From Rhodothermales bacterium (lineage in GTDB: Bacteria; Bacteroidota; Rhodothermia; Rhodothermales; BA12): DNA of 64,000 nucleotides. The stretch spans positions 23,844-87,843 of the forward strand of contig CAWHJN010000001.1 in the NCBI GenBank assembly GCA_963829705.1, given 5' to 3'. The translations under genes were made by a program, and so were the position numbers. The notes beneath the pieces are model-generated. The model made no database searches, was not told where the DNA came from, and saw nothing but the letters and a program-made list of their open reading frames with translations. Positions 9,472 through 15,476 of this stretch are shown here, in pieces. Within the stretch, counting starts at the first letter, position 1; every line of letters starts with the position of its first letter.

Positions 9472-10628
9472 CTACAGACGCGCTGCCTGAGCCTGATGAT
9501 ACGCCACTTCGTGTTCCGCCGGCGTCCGATAGCCCAGCCGCGAGTGACGCCGCCGGTGGTTGTAGAAGTCGATCCAGTCGGCGAGCCCCTGGATCGCTGC
9601 CTCGTGCGTGGCAAAGTGCTCCTGACGCAGCCACTCGTCTTTGAGCGTGCCGAAGAAGCTCTCCGCCACGGCGTTGTCCAGGCATTGCCCTCGGCCCGAG
9701 AAACTCGCGACCGCCTCGTGCGCCGCCAGCACGTCGAGGTACTGCTGGCTCGTGTATTGACTCCCTTGGTCGGCGTGGTGAATTAGACCCGGCAGGGGCT
9801 GCCGAGCCACAAACGCCGCTTCGATGGCGCTCACCGCCAGCGTTCGATGCATCGACGATCCCCCACGCCAAGCCACCACGCGCCGGGCATAGAGATCGAG
9901 CACGACGGCTACGTAGAGCGTGCCCTCGCCCGTCTTGAACTCGGTCGTGTCGGCCACCCATGCCACGTTGGGTGCCTCGGCTGAGAAGCGGCGTGCCAGC
10001 ACGTTGGTCGCTCCATCGAGCGGTGGCGATGAGCCGGCAGCCCGACGCCTGCGGCCTTGCTCGACGGCGAGTCCCCCTAGCCGCATCAGGCGTCGCACGC
10101 GTTCACGTCCTACCTTGAGCCCCTCGGCGCTCAGCTCTGCGTGGATGCGCCGCACGCCGTAGCGTCCACGCCCCCGCGCATGGGCCGCCCGCACGTGCGC
10201 GAGCAGGCGATGGTCTTCGCGTGCGCGCTCCGCCTCTGGTCGCGACAGCCACGCGTAGTAGCCGCTGCGGCTCACCTGGAGCGCCCGGCAGAGTGCCGGC
10301 ACGCTGTGTTGCCCCCGGTGATCGAGGATGAACTGGTACTTCAGCGGGGGCGTGAGCTGAAGATACCAACGGCTTTTTTTAGGATGGCGACCTCCTCTCT
10401 AAGCCGGGCGTTGTCGCGCATGAGGGCCAGACGCTCGGCGTCGCGAGCATTGCCGTTACCAGGGAAAGCTTGATCGGCGTGTGCGGCAAGGGCGTCGCGC
10501 CAGCGGCGCAGCATCTCCTGGCGGATGCCGAGTTCACGGGCGGTTTTGGAAAGGTTGCCCGATTCGACGGCGAGCCGAACGGCTTCGCGCTTGAATTCAG
10601 GAGAGTACGCTCTGCGTTTGGATGGCAT
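9472..10628 (-). CDS. IS3-family transposase OrfAB (OrfA 10341..10628; OrfB frame 9472..about 10380, joined by programmed -1 frameshift)
   Basis: OrfA is an HTH protein (MPSKRRAYSPEFKREAVRL...AILKKAVGIF). The -1 frame after the A7 run reads KKSRWYLQLTPPLKYQFILDHRGQHSVPALCRALQVSRSGYYAWLSRPE, followed by an integrase core (HHADQGSQYTS...LDNAVAESFFGTLK). Confidence 0.9.
10374..10380 (-). promoter_or_regulatory. A AAA AAA slippery heptamer for -1 ribosomal frameshifting
   Basis: A seven-T run on the plus strand (10374-10380) gives CTA AAA AAA GCC in the OrfA frame, located where the OrfB frame opens. Confidence 0.75.
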
Positions 10629-10818
10629 GTGTGTGGAGGTGATGGTGGAAGATAGAGACTAATCTCATCTGTCCACCATCCTCAGACCACGTCACATCCC
10701 TCGAACGATCGAAGGCCCAACCGTGTTTGTGAAGGGCTACTCCTTGCAACTGTTTCACGAGGCATCTCGTCACAACGTGCCGACAAGACTATCGTCACCC
10801 AAGCTGAGCAGATGACCT

Positions 10819-11010
10819 ATGACCACTTCGATGAAGCGACACTCTCCGCAGGCCTTCCTTGTCATCGGTATCGTCTTTCTGGTTCTTGGCCTGAGTGATC
10901 ACACGGCCTTTATTGCCCTCGGTGCGGCCTTCATCGCGATTAGCGCCGCGTTATCTCGTCGGGAGAAGAGAAACGACCTAAATTCGGAATCCGGCCCAAA
11001 CGCCGCATAA
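10819..11010 (+). CDS. Small two-TM membrane protein (hypothetical)
   Basis: 63 aa with two clear hydrophobic helices (AFLVIGIVFLVLGL, FIALGAAFIAISAAL) and a polar tail. No homology recognised. Confidence 0.4.
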   Translation: MTTSMKRHSPQAFLVIGIVFLVLGLSDHTAFIALGAAFIAISAALSRREKRNDLNSESGPNAA

Positions 11011-11141
11011 CGGCCAAGTTATGCCGCCCGTGTTGGACGGGAAGGATCCACATCGATCCTTCGCGGACTGGTCGTCGCTGAGGACTTTTGGCGGCGGAGA
11101 GCGTAGGGGCCGTCTCTCCAGTTGCTCGTCCGCAATCAACG

Positions 11142-12074
11142 ATGACGATACTCACCAAGGTCTCCCCCCTCGTGCTCGCTCGCTGGAGCATCGTCGTCAG
11201 CTTGGTGGTCCTCGGCCTCAAGTACGTAGCGTTCGCACTCACCGGATCGGTCTCGCTTTACTCCGACGCCCTCGAGTCACTCGTCAACGTAGCCGCCGCG
11301 GTCGTGGCACTCCTCGCAATCCGCGTGGCCATTCGGCCTCCCGATGCGGATCACCCCTACGGCCATACGAAGGCCGAGTACCTCTCGGCCGTCGTTGAGG
11401 GGGCCCTCATTTTGTACGCCGCAATCGAGATCGTGCGGGCGGCGTGGGGGCGGCTCCTCGACCCGATGCCTCTAGAGGCCATCGGCCTCGGTCTCACCGT
11501 CTCTGTCGGGGCGACAGGCCTGAACGCTGCATGGGCAGCGGTCCTTGTCCGTGCCGGTCGCCACAGCCGGTCACCGGCTCTCATCGCCGACGGAAGGCAC
11601 CTATGGACCGATGTGGTGACGACGGTCGGGGTTTTAGCGGGCGTCGGGCTCGCGGTCGTCACCGGGTGGTGGGTGCTCGACCCCATCATCGCGATGGCAG
11701 TGGCTGCGAACGTGGTCGTTGTGGGCGTCCGGCTCGTTCGGGAGTCGGTCGGTGGCCTGATGGACGAGAGCGTGTCTAAGGAGCACCTAGCGTCGATCCG
11801 TGAGACGATCCTCGCCCACATGGGCGAAGCTGAGGAGGTTCATGCCCTTCGAGCCCGCCATGCGGGGCGGCACACATTTATCGAGTTTCACCTTGTGGTC
11901 CGGGGCGAGGCGACGGTGGACGAGGCCCACGCTCTTTGCGACCGCCTGGAGCAATCCATCCGCGGGGCCATCTCTGACTCAAGCGTCACGATTCACGTCG
12001 AACCAGCTCATAAGGCGAAGGGGCACGGCGGGGTCGTCTCCGTGGGGTCTGACGTGCCCCACACGTTCACCTGA
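11142..12074 (+). CDS. Cation diffusion facilitator (CDF) family metal efflux transporter
   Basis: GSVSLYSDALESLVN, PPDADHPYGHTKAEYL, ALIADGRHLWTDVV and a C-terminal cytoplasmic domain (VHALRARHAGRHTFIEFHLVV). Start at ATG 11142 within ORF 11088..12074. Confidence 0.9.
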   Translation: MTILTKVSPLVLARWSIVVSLVVLGLKYVAFALTGSVSLYSDALESLVNVAAAVVALLAIRVAIRPPDADHPYGHTKAEYLSAVVEGALILYAAIEIVRAAWGRLLDPMPLEAIGLGLTVSVGATGLNAAWAAVLVRAGRHSRSPALIADGRHLWTDVVTTVGVLAGVGLAVVTGWWVLDPIIAMAVAANVVVVGVRLVRESVGGLMDESVSKEHLASIRETILAHMGEAEEVHALRARHAGRHTFIEFHLVVRGEATVDEAHALCDRLEQSIRGAISDSSVTIHVEPAHKAKGHGGVVSVGSDVPHTFT

Positions 12075-12186
12075 CTGGATCTCAGTCGACCACCCGTCGC
12101 GGCTGAATCCGCCACTCTAGCGGACGGCACGCGCGAGCGCCCTGCCTGAGTCCTACCTTCCGCCCCTGCGTGCCGCCTCTGAGTGG

Positions 12187-12511
12187 CCCAATGTTCTGCC
12201 GCCCTCGCTTTGGAGCTACGAACAATCGACTACATCGCAGCGCACCGGGCGGGCAACCCTCATCGGCGAGCGCACGCGGGGCGCGGGGCACATCGGCCCC
12301 ACGATGTCCTTGAGCGGGGGATACCGAGTGATGATCCCCATCGGCCGGCCGCGAGACCCAGTGACGGACGGGGGGGGAACTGACCGGCCTCACGCCCGAC
12401 GTGCGGGTGCCCGCCGACTCCGCGCTCGACGAAGCGCTCCGCCGAGCAGGAGTGGACCTGCCCGCCGGACGGAGGGCCCTCCAGGCAGCCGAGGCTCGGC
12501 ACCAGCCGTGA
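12187..12511 (+). pseudogene. C-terminal remnant of an S41 (tail-specific/C-terminal processing) peptidase
   Basis: Reading across three frames gives RATLIGERTRGAGHIGP / LSGGYRVMIPIGRPRDPVTDG / TGLTPDVRVPADSALDEALRRAGVDL...*. The frame breaks include a G8 run at 12371-12378. No start codon and no N-terminal or catalytic part is present. Confidence 0.55.
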
Positions 12512-12736
12512 GGGTGCCCCCCACGGAGCACATTCTCGTGCTCAAGGGCACGCTTGGGTTAGTCGAAGGGTTACTGTTCGGCTAAGCGCCCCCGCAGACC
12601 TGACACTGCGCCGTAGGCCGACGCCCGGCGGGTCGGCTTAACTCAGGTGTTGGGCGGCTTGGCCAAATTGCTGCCGCACTTGACATTCTACAGCTCACGG
12701 CGTATTCCCCGCCAGATCGCAAATCGGCCAGAGCCC

Positions 12737-13813
12737 ATGACCCGAGTCCTTTTCCGGATGCGCCGCATACTGTGGGCTGGCGTTCTCCTCGCCGGGGGAG
12801 TGTATCCAGGTGCCCTCACGGCACAGCAGTCGCGAACTGGCTCTCTTCCCGCGGACGTTGATTCCATCGCGCAGGCGGTTTTCCTCGAGTACCCGAACGC
12901 CGCTCTGTCGCTGGCCGTCTTCCGCGGCTCGGACGCCATTTTCGTCAAGGGTTATGGTGCGGCGGACCGGGAGCAGAACCCTCCCGTCGACGGGCGGACG
13001 GTTTACCGCATCGGCTCGGTGACCAAGCAGTTCACGGCGGCGGCGATTCTGCAGCAGGTGGAGCGTGGTAGACTGGCCCTCGACTCGGCAATCTCGGAGT
13101 ATCTGCCCGAGTACGCACCGCCAGGAGAGCCGACCATCACCCTTCGCCAGCTTCTCAACCATACCTCCGGCATCCCAACGTACACGGAGCCACCGGTTGC
13201 GCTTGAATTCGCCGGTAGAGCCTTGCTCTCCCATGCCGACGTCCTCTCTGCCCTCGACGGCGAGCCCCTTAACTTTGCACCCGGCTCGCGCTACGAATAC
13301 AGCAACTCCAACTACTATCTGCTCGGCGTCATTCTCGAACGCGTAACCGGGCAGTCGTACGCAGCCTACGTTCGGGAGCATCTCACCGAGCCGGTGGGTC
13401 TGGCGGAGACGACGTATTGCGGAGCGGGAGCAACGTCCCCTGTCCAGGGCTACACCGCCGCAGGAAAGGAACTCCACATCGCGCCGCGGCTCCAGATGGA
13501 CTGGCCCTATGCTGCTGGCGCCCTGTGCTCAACCGTCACCGATCTGGCGGCGTGGAACCATGCGCTTTCCCACGGTCAGGTCATCGCGCCGGCTTTGTAC
13601 CAACGCATGGTGTCGCCGAGTCGGCTGCGGGATGGACGCGAGATTGCCTATGGGATGGGACTTCGCATCGATACACTGGCTGGGCATCCGCGCATCTGGC
13701 ACAGCGGCGAGATGTCAGGCTACACCGCCACACTCAGCCAGTACCCTCAGGATAGTCTGACCCTCGTGATTCTGACCAACCGCGGAGCGAATCCCACCGT
13801 TGCCACCTCTTGA
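12737..13813 (+). CDS. Serine hydrolase, beta-lactamase/transpeptidase fold (class C-like)
   Basis: S-x-x-K motif in YRIGSVTKQFTAAAIL, a YSNSNY motif and a signal-like N-terminus (MRRILWAGVLLAGG). Start at ATG 12737 within ORF 12647..13813. Confidence 0.85.
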   Translation: MTRVLFRMRRILWAGVLLAGGVYPGALTAQQSRTGSLPADVDSIAQAVFLEYPNAALSLAVFRGSDAIFVKGYGAADREQNPPVDGRTVYRIGSVTKQFTAAAILQQVERGRLALDSAISEYLPEYAPPGEPTITLRQLLNHTSGIPTYTEPPVALEFAGRALLSHADVLSALDGEPLNFAPGSRYEYSNSNYYLLGVILERVTGQSYAAYVREHLTEPVGLAETTYCGAGATSPVQGYTAAGKELHIAPRLQMDWPYAAGALCSTVTDLAAWNHALSHGQVIAPALYQRMVSPSRLRDGREIAYGMGLRIDTLAGHPRIWHSGEMSGYTATLSQYPQDSLTLVILTNRGANPTVATS

Positions 13814-14016
13814 GCTGCTCGCCCAGTCCAGGGTTTCGCATATCAACGGTTTAATAGAGGGAATCTTAGGAGATTACCCCTTCCATGTCTTCCATGGCGG
13901 TTGGAGGTTGGTTGAGTGCCAGTGTAGGTCAGCACAACCATCTCCGCGACCGTAACACCTTGAGCGAGTGATCGAACAGCAGGGAAGCCTACAATCTGCA
14001 TAGCCTGTCGTCAATC

Positions 14017-14046
14017 TCTATACATGTCGAGGGTGACATGTATAGA
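14017..14046. promoter_or_regulatory. Candidate operator: perfect 12-bp inverted repeat TCTATACATGTC-N6-GACATGTATAGA, with a third half-site CCTATACACGTCAC at 14059-14072
   Basis: Seen directly in AT-rich DNA 45-75 nt upstream of the Fic start codon. No downstream T-run, so it is unlikely to be a terminator. Confidence 0.4.
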
Positions 14047-14090
14047 TTCAAGAGCTTTCCTATACACGTCACTCTGATTCACCGCGCCTC

Positions 14091-15213
14091 ATGCGTGTGC
14101 TTTCTCCTCTCAGCGGGCTCGACGCACAGCGCTTCGAGACGACCGAGATCCTGAAACGCCTCGCCGGAGCGAGCCGCCAGCTTGCCGAACTCAAGGGCGT
14201 CGCTGCCTCGATCCCGCACCAGGGCATACTCGATAAACACGCTCGGCATTCAGGAGGCGAAGGACAGCTCGGCCATCGAGAACATCGTCACGACGCACGA
14301 CGAGCTTTTCCGCGACGACGCCTTCCCGGAGCAGATGGGCAGCGCGGCGGCCAAAGAGGTGCTGCGCTACCGGCAGGCGCTGTGGGTGGGCTTCAGAGCC
14401 GTGCAGCAGACGGGACTGCTCACCAACAAGCACATTCTGGCGATACAGGCCGAACTCGAACGTAACGAGGACGGGTACCGCCGCCTGCCGGGCACGACGC
14501 TCCAGGACGGCGCAGGCCGCCTCGTGTACATGCCGCCGCCACCTGACCTGGTACCGGGCCTGATGGCTGCCCTGGAGCGTTTCGTCAACGATGACGCGGG
14601 CTTCGAAGCCGATCCGCTCATCAGGATGGCGCTCATTCACCACCAGTTCGAGAGCATCCACCCGTTCTACGATGGCAACGGGCGCACGGGCCGCATCGTC
14701 AACGTGCTCTACCTCGTCAAAGAGGGACTGCTCGAAGCGCCCGTGCTCTACCTGAGCCGCCACATCGTGCGGACGAAGGCCGATTACTACCGGCTGCTCC
14801 AGGCCGTCCGCGAAGAGGACGCGTGGGAAGAATGGGTGGTGTATATGCTCACGGCAGTCGAGGAGACGGCGCGCGAGGCGATCACCACCATCACGGCGAT
14901 ACGGGAGGCCCTCTCGGATTACAAGCACCGCATCCGAGAGGGCTACCGCTTTTACAGCCAGGATCTCATCAACAACCTGTTTACGCACCCCTACACGAAG
15001 ATCCAGTTTGTCGAGCAGGATCTGGGCGTGTCGCGTCTGACAGCCACGAAATACCTCGACGCGCTGGCCGATGGCGGCTTTGTGCTCAAGCGGAAGGTGG
15101 GGCGCTCCAACTACTACATCAACGACGCCCTGCAGCGCATCCTGACCGGCGATGCCGCGCGGGCACTGATCGTCTCACCGAAAGCTGATCCAGGAAACCC
15201 GCCATTTCGGTAA
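14091..15213 (+). CDS. Fic family protein (class II, N-terminal inhibitory helix), with an apparent +1 frameshift near 14232
   Basis: Fic motif HPFYDGNGRTGR and inhibitory motif SSAIEN. The N-terminal Fic_N-like part MRVLSPLSGLDAQRFETTEILKRLAGASRQLAELKGVAASIPHQGIL is in one frame (ORF 14091..), and INTLGIQEAKDSSAIENIVTTHDELF... is in the next (ORF 14182..15213). One extra G lies between CTC and ATA. Confidence 0.85.
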
Positions 15214-15364
15214 GAGGCGGGGGAGGGAAGGGGCAAAAGCGTGAAACAAGGGTGAAACAAAACCCTGCGGTTACGTGCGGTTTGGCTCAGTTCCATGAAG
15301 CCGAAACCGGCCTAAACGAGCTGGAATCGCGGTTTTGGGTGCACACAGAGGTGCAATATTGACT

Positions 15365-15409
15365 CTCGTAATGAACAGGTCAGCGGTTCGAATCCGCTTA
15401 TCGGCTCCA
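15365..15409 (+). tRNA. Orphan 3' fragment of a tRNA-Thr(CGU)-like gene (anticodon loop to CCA); not a functional tRNA
   Basis: CTCGTAA (loop, CGT at the anticodon position) TGAAC AGGTC AGCGG TTCGAAT CCGCT TATCGGC T CCA. The T-arm, 3' acceptor strand and encoded CCA are perfect. No complementary 5' anticodon stem, D-arm or acceptor strand could be folded upstream. Confidence 0.65.
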
Positions 15410-15415
15410 CAGGAA

Positions 15416-15463
15416 ACGGCCTCGGAAGCAGCGTTTGCGTGCATTCTGAGGCCGTCTTTGTTT
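15416..15463. terminator. Bidirectional hairpin terminator (ACGGCCTC...GAGGCCGT followed by CTTTGTTT)
   Basis: 8-bp GC-rich stem at 15416-15423 / 15448-15455 with a T-rich tract. It sits between the tRNA fragment (+) and the convergent BNR gene (-). Confidence 0.55.
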
Positions 15464-15476
15464 GCCGGGGGAGGCG

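Larger units (their letters stand above)
9436..10694 (-). mobile_element. IS3-family insertion sequence (1259 bp), apparently intact
   Basis: Imperfect terminal inverted repeats: TGACGTGCCCCAAGAAGGGTGGACG... at 9436, versus the reverse complement of the right end TGACGTGGTCTGAGGATGGTGGACA... ending at 10694. TG...CA termini. Flanking CAT/CAT 3-bp direct repeat at 9433-9435 and 10695-10697. OrfA/OrfB pair inside. Confidence 0.85.

Noticed and set aside
9347-9961. 204-aa minus-strand ORF crossing the left end of the IS3 element
   Set aside because: It overlaps the IS3 OrfB region in another frame and runs out across the IS terminus (9436) into flanking DNA, and it has biased composition. It is an artefact of the insertion junction.
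15283-15409. Attempt to fold a complete (possibly intron-containing or long-arm) tRNA, using GCCGAAA (15300-15306) or GCTGGAA (15320-15326) as the 5' acceptor strand and GCTCAGTT (15283-15290) as a D-loop relic
   Set aside because: The resulting molecule would be 90-110 nt with no D-stem and no anticodon stem. Both acceptor candidates have an A-A mismatch. The GCTCAGTT match is only 8 nt. The region is best treated as a truncated 3' fragment.
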